Assembly: GCA_964016885.1 (NCBI GenBank)
Contig: OZ024746.1
Coordinates: 7,750,001-7,814,000, forward strand
Length of the DNA: 64,000 nucleotides
Reading direction: 5' to 3'
Source of the DNA: Eledone cirrhosa
Lineage: Eukaryota
The notes under the pieces are model-generated. The model saw nothing but the letters and a program-made list of their open reading frames with translations, was not told the origin of the DNA and searched no databases. This document shows positions 1 to 13,101 of the stretch, in pieces. A program made the translations under genes and the position numbers. Position 1 is the stretch's first letter. Every line of letters begins with the position of its first letter.

Positions 1-152
1 CACCACCACACACCACCACCACCACACCACCACCACCACCACCACCACCACCACCACCACCACCACCACCACACACCACCACCACCACACACCACCACCA
101 CCACCACCACACCACCACCACCACCACCACCACCACCACACACCACCACACC
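1..152. repeat. (CAC)n microsatellite
   Basis: Direct reading. Confidence 0.95.
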
Positions 153-267
153 ATCATCAACATCAACAACACTACCATTAACAACAAAAACAACATAAAT
201 AAAAAAGAAGAAAACAACCAATTTTCATGGAGTAAACAAAGCAACAGTAACAATTGTAATAAGTTAA

Positions 268-3055
268 CATTAATATACCAATGATATACTATATTAATAT
301 ACCAATGATATACTATATTAATATACCAATGATATACTATAGAGTACTAATGATATCATTCTTTCAATGATACTATGGAGTACTAATGATATCACACTTC
401 CTTAATACTATAGAGTACTAATGATATCACACTTTCAATGATACTATGGAGTACTAATGATATCACACTTTCAATGATACTATGGAGTACTAATGATATC
501 ACTCTTTCAATGATACTATGGAGTACTAATGATATCACACTTCCTTAATACTATGGAGTACTAATGATATCATTCTTTCAATGATACTATAGAGTACTAA
601 TGATATCACACTTTCAATGATACTATGGAGTACTAATGATATCACACTTTCAATGATACTATGGAGTACTAATGATATCATTCTTTCAATGATACTATGG
701 AGTACTAATGATATCACTCTTTCAATGATACTATGGAGTACTAATGATATCACACTTCCTTAATACTATGGAGTACTAATGATATCACACTTTCAATGAT
801 ACTATGGAGTACTAATGATATCACACTTCCTTAATACTATAGAGTACTAATGATATCACACTTTCAATGATACTATGGAGTACTAATGATATCACACTTC
901 CTTAATACTATGGAGTACTAATGATATCATTCTTTCAATGATACTATGGAGTACTAATGATATCACTCTTTCAATGATACTATGGAGTACTAATGATATC
1001 ACACTTTCTTAATACTATGGAGTACTAATGATATCACTCTTTCAATGATACTATGGAGTACTAATGATATCACACTTCCTTAATACTATGGAGTACTAAT
1101 GATATCACACTTTCAATGATACTATGGAGTACTAATGATATCACACTTCCTTAATACTATGGAGTACTAATGATATCATTCTTTCAATGATACTATGGAG
1201 TACTAATGATATCACACTTCCTTAATACTATGGAGTACTAATGATATCACACTTTCAATGATACTATGGAGTACTAATGATATCACACTTCCTTAATACT
1301 ATAGAGTACTAATGATATCACACTTTCAATGATACTATGGAGTACTAATGATATCACACTTCATTAATACTATGGAGTACTAATGATATCACACTTTCAA
1401 TGATACTATGGAGTACTAATGATATCACACTTCCTTAATACTATAGAGTACTAATGATATCACACTTTCAATGATACTATGGAGTACTAATGATATCACA
1501 CTTCATTAATACTATGGAGTACTAATGATATCACTCTTTCAATGATACTATGGAGTACTAATGATATCACTCTTTCAATGATACTATGGAGTACTAATGA
1601 TATCACACTTCCTTAATACTATGGAGTACTAATGATATCACACTTTCAATGATACTATGGAGTACTAATGATATCACACTTCCTTAATACTATGGAGTAC
1701 TAATGATATCACTCTTTCAATGATACTATGGAGTACTAATGATATCACACTTCCTTAATACTATGGAATACTAATGATATCACTCTTTCAATGATACTAT
1801 GGAGTACTAATGATATCACTCTTTCAATGATACTATGGAGTACTAATGATATCACACTTTCAATGATACTATGGAGTACTAATGATATCACACTTTCAAT
1901 AATACTATGGAGTACTAATGATATCACTCTTTCAATGATACTATGGAGTACTAATGATATCACACTTTCAATGATACTATGGAGTACTAATGATATCACA
2001 CTTCCTTAATACTATGGAGTACTAATGATATCACACTTTCAATGATACTATGGAGTACTAATGATATCACTCTTTCAATGATACTATGGAGTACTAATGA
2101 TATCACACTTTCAATGATACTATGGAGTACTAATGATATCACACTTCCTTAATACTATGGAGTACTAATGATATCACACTTTCAATAATACTATGGAGTA
2201 CTAATGATATCACTCTTTCAATGATACTATGGAGTACTAATGATATCACTCTTTCAATGATACTATGGAGTACTAATGATATCACACTTTCAATAATACT
2301 ATGGAGTACTAATGATATCACACTTCCTTAATACTATAGAGTACTAATGATATCACACTTTCAATGATACTATGGAGTACTAATGATATCACACTTCATT
2401 AATACTATGGAGTACTAATGATATCACACTTTCAATGATACTATGGAATACTAATGATATCACACTTCCTTAATACTATAGAGTACTAATGATATCACAC
2501 TTTCAATGATACTATGGAGTACTAATGATATCACACTTCATTAATACTATGGAGTACTAATGATATCACTCTTTCAATGATACTATGGAGTACTAATGAT
2601 ATCACTCTTTCAATGATACTATGGAGTACTAATGATATCACACTTCCTTAATACTATGGAGTACTAATGATATCACACTTTCAATGATACTATGGAGTAC
2701 TAATGATATCACACTTCCTTAATACTATGGAGTACTAATGATATCACACTTTCAATGATACTATGGAGTACTAATGATATCACACTTTCAATAATACTAT
2801 GGAGTACTAATGATATCACACTTCCTTAATACTATGGAGTACTAATGATATCACACTTTCAATGATACTATGGAGTACTAATGATATCACACTTTCAATA
2901 ATACTATGGAGTACTAATGATATCACACTTCCTTAATACTATGGAGTACTAATGATATCACACTTTCAATGATACTATGGAGTACTAATGATATCACACT
3001 TTCAATAATACTATGGAGTACTAATGATATCACACTTTCAATGATACTATGGAGT
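268..3055. repeat. 35/36-bp minisatellite, roughly 75 copies, preceded by 3 copies of a 24-bp unit
   Basis: Unit atactatggagtactaatgatatca plus cactttcaatg / cacttcctta / ctctttcaatg variants. Explains the 12-aa periodic ORFs. Confidence 0.97.
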
Positions 3056-3129
3056 CGTTTACCAATCAGTTTGAAAATAATCAAGAATTTAAATAGATTT
3101 AGTAATAGTCATCATTATCTGCTGTTTTA

Positions 3130-3340
3130 GGGCGGTGGATTGGCAGTATCGTAGAGTGTCAGACACCAGGCTTTGAGCATAGAGTTACAGCCTTTTACAT
3201 TCTGATTTCAAATCCTGCCTAGGTTAACTTTGCCTTTCTTCCTTATGGGGTCGATAAAATAAAGCACCAGTAACATACTGGAGTCGATTTAATTGACTTT
3301 CCCTTTCCCCAAAAATTGCTGACCTTGTGTCAGAAACGAT
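3130..3340 (+). mobile_element. tRNA-derived SINE with Nin/Deu-like domain
   Basis: ggcggtggattggcagtatc head and gcctttc.tcctt..ggggtcgataaaataaag.accag domain; many homologues in the window. Confidence 0.8.
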
Positions 3341-3635
3341 TATTTATGTGGTATTTCGAACATAACTTTAAAAAAAAGCTCCTATATAAAATTATGAAAG
3401 TTTTTAGATAAATGTAAATAATTTAAAATAAAGAGTTCATTATCATTGAACCAGGGGTGGCTTCGGGTGGTTTGGTATCCTAATGGTTAAGGAAACTGGA
3501 TGTTTTTGCATTCATGCCTTTCTTTCCAAAGCAGAAGGGCATTAGACAGTGTAAGAAAGGAAATTACAACAGAGAACCAGTATTGTCTCATTGTCTCATA
3601 TTGTCGTTAAAAAACATTCCTATATGATGATTTAA

Positions 3636-4470
3636 TTTAGGCACAAGGCCAGCAATTTAGGGAGAGGGGATAAAGGGATGACACATCCTACAATTTAGGG
3701 AGAGGGGATAAAGGAGTGACACACATCCTACAATTTAGGGAGAGGGGATAAAGGAGTGACACACATCCTACAATTTAGGGAGAGGGGATAAAGGGGTGAC
3801 ACACATCCTACAATTTAGGGAGAGGGGATAAAGGAGTGACACACATCCTACAATTTAGGGAGAGGGGATAAAGGAATGACACACATCCTACAATTTAGGG
3901 AGAGGGGATAAAGGGGTGACACACATCCTACAATTTAGGGAGAGGGGATAAAGGAGTGACACACATCCTACAATTTAGGGAGAGGGGATAAAGGAGTGAC
4001 ACACATCCTACAATTTAGGGAGAGGGGATAAAGGGGTGACACACATCCTACAATTTAGGGAGAGGGGATAAAGGAGTGACACACATCCTACAATTTAGGG
4101 AGAGGGGATAAAGGAATGACACACATCCTACAATTTAGGGAGAGGGGATAAAGGAGTGACACACATCCTACAATTTAGGGAGAGGGGATAAAGGAGTGAC
4201 ACACATCCTACAATTTAGGGAGAGGGGATAAAGGAATGACACACATCCTACAATTTAGGGAGAGGGGATAAAGGGGTGACACACATCCTACAATTTAGGG
4301 AGAGGGGATAAAGGGATGACACTAACCTCAGTACTTGACTGTTACTTTATTTTATTGAAGGATGAAAGGTAATGGTGACTTTAGCCAGATTTGAACTCAG
4401 AACATGAAGAGCCAGAACAACTGATGCAAAGTATTTTGTCTGACTCACCGATGATTCTGCCAATCCACTA
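3636..4470 (-). mobile_element. Nin/Deu-like SINE whose tail is expanded into a minisatellite
   Basis: tttaggcacaaggccagcaatt on the left; tactttatttt...ggatgaaagg...gatttgaactcag on the right. Confidence 0.75.
3656..4322. repeat. 40-bp minisatellite, ~17 copies
   Basis: caatttagggagaggggataaaggagtgacacacatccta. Confidence 0.97.
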
Positions 4471-4858
4471 CTTTAACATTTCTATATAATGATATCTAGG
4501 GATTTCTTACACTGGCCCAAGGATATCCATATTTGGTAAGATGGAGGGTGGGGTTTACATTTGATTGAATCAACTCCAGTACAAGTCCTCTACTTATTTT
4601 ATTAATATTATTAGATTAAATAATAATGTCGATGTTGGTGGGATTTGAACACAGAAAGTAGAAGACCAGTCCAGCCATTCCTCACTTAATGACCAAGTTC
4701 CATTCCACCAACATAGTCATAAAGCAAATAGGTTGGTAAACGAACCTATTATTTAATGACCAGGTTTTGTTCCACTGACCTGATCATAAATGAACTCCTC
4801 ACTTAAAAACCAGATTCCATTCCATGGACTTAGTCATAAAATATCTTTAGATACACTT

Positions 4859-5098
4859 TTAACCCTTTAGTTACCAACCCAGCCAAAACCAGCTCTGGTT
4901 CTATGAAATAAAGTCACCCATTTTAAAGGTTTCCAATTTAAATTAAAATCTTCCAACAGAATTTTATATAAGAACCTTATATTAAGTTACTATCTTAGTA
5001 ATGAAATAATTAATAATTTTAGAAAATCCCCCAAAATTCATCATTAAATAATTAAAATAGAGTGTATTTCATTAGAAATATGGTAATGAAATGGTTAA
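4859..5098. mobile_element. piggyBac-like non-autonomous element (MITE), ~240 bp
   Basis: TTAA-CCCTTT...ATGG-TTAA termini. Homologues at 5215-5677, 5278-5520, 9694-9931, 17381-17619, ~26210-26438, ~39258-39505, ~47390-47678 and others. Confidence 0.75.
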
Positions 5099-5214
5099 TG
5101 TCACCCGTGGGTAATACGGTCCATAAGAGTATGAAATAAAGTATGAAATGTTACATAACATTTAAATACAAATTTCCAGTTGTATGTATGAGCAGTCATT
5201 AAAAAAGGTCGTTG

Positions 5215-5677
5215 TTAACCCTTTTGATATCAGCCTGACCAAAACTGCCTCTGGTCCTATGGAACAAATCATCCATTTTAACCCTTTCATTTCTAAGGAG
5301 TATACTATATTTTTATTATTTAATGAAGAATTTTGAGGGATTTACTAAAATTATTAATTATTTCATTACTAAAATTATTAATTATTTCATTACTTAATGT
5401 AAGGTCCTTATATAAAATTATGTTGGAATATTTTTATTTATTTTGGAAACCTTTAAAATAGGTGGTTTTATTCCATAGCACCAGAGCTGGTTTTGGCTGG
5501 GTTGGTAATTAAAGGGTTAAAGAGTTACTTTGTAAATTAAAATTTCTGAACATAATTTTATGAGAACCATATGTTATGTTGCAAATACTATCTTAATGAA
5601 ATAATTTAAGTAAATCCCTCAAAATTCTTAATTAATCACAGTGTATTTTATTTGAAATATGGTAATGAAAGGTTTAA
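5215..5677. mobile_element. piggyBac-like MITE containing an inverted copy of the same family (5278-5520)
   Basis: The inner copy is TTAAccctttcat...aaagggTTAA. The outer sequence resumes colinearly after the duplicated TTAA. Confidence 0.8.
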
Positions 5678-6010
5678 ACGATGAGAGACTTTATTGAATT
5701 ATAGCTTAGGTACATGGCCCCAGATTTTCGGAGAAAGGTTGAAGCAATTAGTTACATTGACCCCAGCTCTTGCTTGGCACTTATTCCACCAACCCAAGAA
5801 GGATGAAAAACCAAGTCAGATGCCTGACAGATTTGAACTGGAAACATAAAGACATGTAGCTAAATACCATATAGTCAGCTGTTCTACCAAGTCTACCAAA
5901 TCTACCAAATCTACCAGTCCATTGCCCCAGAAACTATTTCAGTCAATGACTTACTGTATGGGCCTTTCCAATACTGTGTTGTGCCTCATTTGGAGAAATA
6001 ATTGTTTCTA

Positions 6011-6695
6011 CACTAGGCACAAACCCCCTCCCCATTACCACCACACCCTAGGCCCAAACCCCCTCCCCATTACCACCACACACTAGGCCCAAACCCTCTC
6101 CCCATTACCACCACACACTAGGCCCAAACCCCCTCCCCATTACCACCTCGCCCTAGGCACAAGCCCCCTCCCTATTACCACCACACCCTAGGCATAAGCC
6201 CCTTCCCCATTACCACCACACCCTAGGCACAAGCCCCTCCCATTACCACCACACCCTAGGCACAAGCCCTCTCACCATTACCACCACACCCTAGGCCCAA
6301 ACCCCCTCCCCATTACCACCAGACCCTAGGCATAAGCCCCTTCCCCATTACCACCACACCCTAGGCACAAGCCCTCTCCCCATTACCACCACACCCTAGG
6401 TACAAGCCTTCTCCCCATTACCACCACACCCTAGGCCCAAACCCCCTCCCTATTACCACCACACCCTAGGCCCAAACCCCCTCCCCATTACCACCACACC
6501 CTAGGCCCAAACCCTCTCCCCATTACCACCATACACTAGGCCCAAACCCCCTCCCCATTAGCACCTCACACTAGGCCCAAACCCCTCCCCATTACCACCT
6601 CACACTAGGCCCAAACCCCCTCCCCATTACCACCTCACACTAGGCCCAAACCCCCTCCCCATTACCACCTCACACTAGGCCCAAACCCCCTCCCC
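6011..6695. repeat. ~35-bp C-rich minisatellite, ~19-20 copies
   Basis: ctaggcccaaaccccctccccattaccaccacacc. Confidence 0.95.
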
Positions 6696-7799
6696 CTCCT
6701 TCAGTGGCACTACAGATCTTGTCTTTCCCTCCCTTTTCCGTTTTTTTTAAAAATATTTTCTTATTTTACATTCCATATAATTAATTTTGAAAATAATCAA
6801 GAATTTAGAAACCTTTAGTAATATAACAATCTTTCTCATTATTAAGCTGGTATAAAACCTGTCTATAAAAGTTCAGAAGTATAAATTAAAAAATAAATAA
6901 CTACACTGCCTGCGTGAGTGTGTGAGTGAAACATATACATATACACCAGGTCCAAACACAAGGGAAATCCCACTGCCCCTGTCTCTCCTGCTCTCCCCAT
7001 CTCTCACTGGCCTCTTGTGGAACAGAATAGAAAAAGCATTTCCCCTGGTATTATGTTAGAACATAACTTTATAGCTTCACATAAAATTAGGATGGAAACT
7101 TTTTAGATAAATATAAACATCTTAAAATTATAACTTATCATAAATAAATAGATAAATATCTTCTTCTTCACCCACTTATTCCTAAGAGGATCTCATAGGG
7201 GCTGAGTTCTCAAACACTCCTAGTAGGTCCTGTCAGATACAACCGTCTCTAACTGATCCAGCTGAATCCCCCAAAACACTAACTGAGCTCATGGATGTTA
7301 TCCAACCATTTTGCTTGGGGGTCTAACCTTAATATATATAAATCTTAAAATGATTTAGTATCATAGAATTAAGGTCGGTTTCAGGTATCAAAGGGGTTAA
7401 CATCCACCTACATTTGTACTGGTCAACCCCCACAGTAGATTTATCTTCCATGTGTGACCATCCTGCATTTTCTTTGCATAACTATGACTATATTATCAAA
7501 TATTATTTTCCCTTTTCTCAAATTGGAAGGAGTGGTTTGAGGGAAATTTGTGAGTGTATATTTTTAGCATGTTGTATGACAGACAGTATTGTTGGCTCCA
7601 GGGCTTTTAAGTTTGATGTCCTGGTGTGATAGAAGACACTGTAACATAACATGTTTTATTTAATCACTGTGTCATCTATTTTCAGCAAGCAGTCTTGGCC
7701 ATAAGACTCATTAAAATATTACATACTTTCAACCTCATGACTGTGCGTGTGTATGTGTGTGTATTATTATCACCATCATTAAACCCTGCTTCTCCTTAA

Positions 7800-7848
<49 letters not shown>

Positions 7849-8074
7849 TGAGGTTGTGAGTTTGATTCCTGGACCTGGCAATGCGTTATGTCCTTCAGCA
7901 AGACACTTTATTTCACATTGCTCCTTCTACCTGGAGTTGCGACTGATAGATAGTATTAGCAACTGGAAAGACCTACGAAAACATTGTTTCCTTTGATTTA
8001 ACAAAAAGTCGATCAATATAGGAAAAGAGTCAGGACCCCAAAGGCAGAGCTTCGGCTATTTCGACAGCTAGATA

Positions 8075-8314
8075 TGTATATCCAGGGAATGTAATGTAGA
8101 GTTACTGTAGGTTCACCCGGGTGAGCACTCAATGTTTAGGTTCATGTCAGTATCGAGGTGTAGAGCTAGACAGAGTATAATATAATAATACAAGGACGAA
8201 TGGTTACTCCTTCATTACATTTATTGGTTGGTGACGCCCGTTTCGCTACTGATCAGCTGAAGGTTTGATCTGTATCGATCTAGCCCGACTCTGGAATCAA
8301 AAGCTCGTTGGACC
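8075..8314 (-). mobile_element. PLE-like pseudo-LTR fragment with decayed hammerhead (8230-8314) and AATAAA
   Basis: Near-identical inverted copy at 21044-21262. Minus strand reads ggt-CCAACGA-gct...agc-GAAA-cgggcg-TC-acc followed by aataaa. Confidence 0.6.
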
Positions 8315-8317
8315 TTT

Positions 8318-8730
8318 TAAAGAAGATTATGGGGACTATTTGGTGGAGCACAACTGAATTAATCCACTACAGCTTTCTGAATCTTGGTGAAACAATCACA
8401 GCAATGAGGTATTTTCATGAAATCAATAAATGCATTTAAAAATGCAGCCTATTTATTCAGTATTGGTCAATAGAAAAGGTCCAATCCTTTGGTACAACAA
8501 TGCTTGCCAATACATTGCACAAGCAGCACTCCCAGAAGTTGAACTAATTGGGCTATAAAACTGTCTCATCCAGCTCACTGGATTCTTCACTTTTTAAAGC
8601 AATTTGACAACTTCTTGCAATGGAAAGTCTTCAAAAACTAAAGAGCCACAAAAATGATTTTGAAGAATTCATAGTCTCCAGGACTTCAGAATTCTATGTT
8701 ACTGGAATAAATAAACTTATATCTTGTTAG
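8318..8730 (+). pseudogene. Decayed mariner transposase C-terminal fragment (Hsmar1/cecropia-like)
   Basis: Recognisable across frameshifts: KKIMGTIWWSTTELIHYSFLNLGETITA, LVNRKGPILWYNNA, HFLKQFDNFLQ, FEEFIVSRTSEFYVTGINKLISC. Confidence 0.85.
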
Positions 8731-8819
8731 CACTAAGACTAAGACTATAAAACAATAGTCAAATGTGGTGTTTGTGGATGCAACCCCAACAAAGTTTTAC
8801 TGGCTCGATGTAATGAGTT

Positions 8820-9115
8820 TGAACTCAGAAAACAATACAAGACAATGTGGATGCATTCTCCTTCCAAATATTGGCAAATGATTGATTTTGTCATTAAGAG
8901 AAGCAGGATAAAATAGACAACCACAGCAGTAGAGTTATATTGATAGAATGCTCAAATTACTGGATCAATCATCTGATATTAAAACCAAAGATCACTTTCA
9001 ACATATACCAAAGGCATTACAGACAGGTGCCTACCAAACCTGTCAACCTAGATGTGGAAAAACTTTGTACCACCAGTCAAAAGGTAAAATTAAAACAAAA
9101 CACGAATGAATCATT
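8820..9115 (+). pseudogene. Decayed RTE/BovB-like LINE endonuclease-end fragment
   Basis: KTMWMHSPSKYWQMIDFVIKR matches the TW.HP.S..W..ID motif of APE-type LINE endonucleases. Confidence 0.65.
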
Positions 9116-9402
9116 TCCCTAGTTAGATGGACGGAAAGAGTTGGCCTTCGACCAGGGTTAGCAAATATTAAAACACCTGATGGGGATAGAATTACTGTTG
9201 AAATCTGGAACATGGAGGATTTAGCTTTACTAATAGTATGCACAAACTAATCACCATAGCATGACAAGAAGGCTTGATACTGACATTGTCATGAGTTTCT
9301 ATGAGGGTAGGCTGAAAACTTCTTAGGCTGACTATGAAGGATTGATGCTAGAGCTGTGAAATCTTGCATGAATGCATTAATTTCAACTCTTCTTATTAAT
9401 AA

Positions 9403-9575
9403 CTGTTTCTATTTTAGGCACAAGGCCAGCAATTACCCAGTGCATTACTGGTACTTTATTTTATCGACCCCGTAAGGATGAAAGGCAAAGTCAACCTCGG
9501 CAGGATTTGAACTCAGATCGTAAAGGGACGTATCTATGCTGGAAAGCATGTCCGACCCTCTACCGATACTGCCAA
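9403..9575 (-). mobile_element. Nin/Deu-like SINE
   Basis: Reverse complement of 45887-46075. Confidence 0.85.
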
Positions 9576-9693
9576 TTAATAACGGTATTTGATGAGAGCT
9601 CAAAACAAGTTAGTGTAACATACATGGTAGTTTCTTGACAAAACTAACAACATGAATCAGACCATTAACTATTTGTTTTAAAGGATTTCTGTT

Positions 9694-9931
9694 TTAACCC
9701 TTTCATACAATATTTCTAATGAAATACACTGTTTCAGTTAATTAATGAAGAATTTTGAGGGAATTTACTAAAATTATTAATTATTTCATTACTAAGATAG
9801 TAACTTAATGTAAGGTCCTTATATAAAATTATGTTGGAAGATTTTAATATAAATTGGAAACCTTTTAAATGGGTGGTTTTATTTCATAAAACCAGAGCTG
9901 GTTTTGGCTGGATTGGTAACTAAAGGATTAA
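9694..9931. mobile_element. piggyBac-like MITE
   Basis: TTAAccctttcat...aaaggaTTAA; reverse complement of 4859-5098. Confidence 0.8.
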
Positions 9932-10942
9932 ACTGAGAATCTCCCAAAATATCTATTGCAGCTTCCAATAGTATTTCTTTCTCTTAAAGCAATATGATTC
10001 TTCTTTGATATTTTCAAATGATATAAATTTAATATAAAGAAAGGCGCTTGGGTCTTCCTCTCCCATATTTTCACAGAAATGTCCACCCAGTCCTAATTTC
10101 AAACATAGCTAATAATAGATACATATTGTACAATATTAAATTTAATGTCTCATTTGTCTTAATAGACCCTAATTTGACAAGAAAACAAACAAACTAACAA
10201 TAAAACAAAACCTTTGTTATGTGAAACCAGCTTTACAAGTAGAACACTTCTTGCTATGTAGGGCAACAAAATAACAATAATATAATAAGTAAATAAACAA
10301 ATAGAAAGAAGAAGAAAATTAGAAACCCAAAACTGAAGTGTCAGCCATTATGGACACAGCAAGAAATAAATACTTTCCTTGCAGAGAGAAAAGAGAGAGA
10401 GAACTTGGGAGGCCATTGTTTCTATGAAAATAAAAATATAAATAATATACAAAATAATGCAAACTTAGTCAAAAGATAAGTCAGGGTGGGGTTAACATAA
10501 AGACAGTATCATTTTTCCTGGGTATGTATGTATTTGTGTGTATGTATGTGGGGATGTCTATATATGGGTGTATGTATGTGTGTTTATGTGTGTGTATGTA
10601 TGTGTATATATGTATGTATGTGTTTATGTTTGGGTGTATGTATGTGTATATATGTATGTGTGTGTATATGTGTATGTGTGTGGGGATGTCTATATATGGG
10701 TGTATGTATGTGTGCGTGTATACATGTGTGTTAATGGATGAGTGAGTATGTATATGTTTATATATTTCTGTGTTTATGTGTTTATATATATCTATGTATG
10801 TTTGTCTGTCTATTAAAGCAAACAGAAAAACTTCATTTGCATCTATTCATGGAGAGGAAATGCATTCATAAAAACGAAAAAGTGCAACAGAAATGCATAC
10901 ATACATACATGCATATATATATAAATATATATGTGTATATAT

Positions 10943-11218
10943 ATCATCATCATCATCATCAACATTTTACGTCCGCTTTTCCTTGCTTGCAAGGGTGGGA
11001 TGGGTCCTATCCAGCATCTCTTCACTTGTCACGGTCCTTCATCATGTCCTCCGTGAGCTTCAGCGATCTGAGGTCTGCTCTCACCACCTCCGCTCATGTT
11101 TTTCGTGGTCTACCTCTACTGCATCTTCCTTCTACTGGGATTTCTTGGCACTTCTTTACCCAGCAGTCATCCGCCATGCTCATCACATGTCCATACCATC
11201 TCAGTCTTCTCTCCTGCA
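10943..11218 (-). mobile_element. RTE 3' fragment (same subfamily as 43648-45070)
   Basis: Reverse complement of ~44785-45060; (CAT)n tail on the left. Confidence 0.9.
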
Positions 11219-12565
11219 TACCGGGGAAGGGGATGAAGAAATCTCGACAGAGCGGAGAGAGAGAAAGATGGAAAACAAATTAATTAAAATACAAAACAAA
11301 CATGGAAATAAAGAAATAACTTGTTCTATGATTTTATCATTTAAGTACATTATATATGTGAATAGGTGTGTGTGTGTGTGTATTTATATACATATAAACA
11401 CACAAGATATGCATACACATACTTGTACATATACATATAAATATATATGTATGTATCTATAATTGTATGTATCTACATATATATGTCTGCATGTATGTAT
11501 GTAGTGTGTGTATATGTATGTACATATGTCTGTATGTATGTGATTTTGGACACCCTGCAGGACAAAAAACAAAACCTGACACAGGGCGGAAGAACTCATA
11601 AGAGTCAATGGCCATCCAAAAGTGTGTAAATATGTATATACACATGTAGATATGTATGTATATGTGCGGGGACATAGAAATAGTCAGGCTGGACACACGA
11701 TCGCATGGTTAAACCACTGGGAGCGAAGGACCCCTAGCCTTTGTCAGGGCATTCTTCTAGGAGAAGGTAACTCAGGTAACTGGGATAACTCCAATATAAA
11801 ACCTGCGGCTCAGTAGTTACCGATGATGTTGATCTTTTCTTCTTTTCGGGTTATAGCTACTGTCGCTCAGAGAGTGGGATTGGCTCAGTGCAGTCTTTCC
11901 TCACTTTAAAAAAAAATCTTCACGCACAGGCATTGCACAATAGCCTAATTTATAATTATTAATAATGGTATATCCTGCAATGGCCATACTCGATAACGAG
12001 GGGGCAGCCATGATGTATGTATGTAGTATGTAGTATGTATGTATGCAGTATGTATGTATGTATGTATGTGTGTATGTATGTGTGTGTATGTATGTATGTA
12101 GTATGTATGTATGTATGCAGTATGTATGTATGTGTGTGTATGTATGTATGTATGTATGTAGTATGTATGCAGTATGTATGTATGCATGTGTGTGTATGTA
12201 TGTATGTATGTATGTAGTATGTATGTATGTATGTATGTATGTATGTATGTATGTAGTGTGTATGTATGTATGTATGTAGTATGTATGTAGTATGTATGTA
12301 TGTGTGTGTATGTGTGTGTATGTATGTATGACATTTTAGATCATTGGCTGGGCTAAAAAGCCACATTCGATCGCAGCACTGTTAGTTGCTATCATGTGTG
12401 TGTGTGTGTGTGTAGATATGCTTATGTGCATGCGTGTGTGTGTGTATATATATATGAATATGTATATTATTATTGTTGTTGTCGTGATTATTATTGCTAT
12501 TATTATTATTATTGTTATTAATGTATGTGTGTGTATATGTGTGTATGTGTATGTATATATGTATG

Positions 12566-12610
<45 letters not shown>

Positions 12611-12624
12611 TTATTTTTTTTTTA

Positions 12625-12691
<67 letters not shown>

Positions 12692-13063
12692 TTCTTTTTT
12701 CTTTTTTTTATTTTTTTTTTTATTTATTTTTTTTTTTAATTTATTTATTTATTTATTTTTTTTTTTTTTTCTTCTCGTGCAATGGCCATACTCGATAACG
12801 AGGGGGCAGCCATCATGTATGTAGTATGTATGTATGTATGCAGTATGTATGTATGTATGTGTGTGTATGTAGTATGTATGTATGCAGTATGTATGTATGT
12901 AAGATGCCATTTTTATATCCGCTTTTCCATGCATGGGTTGGCTGGGTCCTCAACACGACATCACTCCACACTCGCGATCATTTGTCATCGCCTCTGTGAG
13001 TCTCAGTGAATAGAGGTCAACTCTCACAACCTCTGAACAGTATATATTTCTCTCTCTCTATCC

Positions 13064-13100
<37 letters not shown>

Positions 13101-13101
<1 letters not shown>

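Noticed and set aside
535-2321. ISLVLHSIIES-repeat ORFs
   Set aside because: Translations of the 36-bp satellite, broken by the 35-bp variants.
3130-3230. tRNA genes at A/B-box sequences
   Set aside because: All continue into SINE bodies and lack a complete cloverleaf.
268-4322. CRISPR-like regular 36-40-bp repeats
   Set aside because: Head-to-tail units with no unique spacers, no cas genes, eukaryotic context; these are minisatellites.
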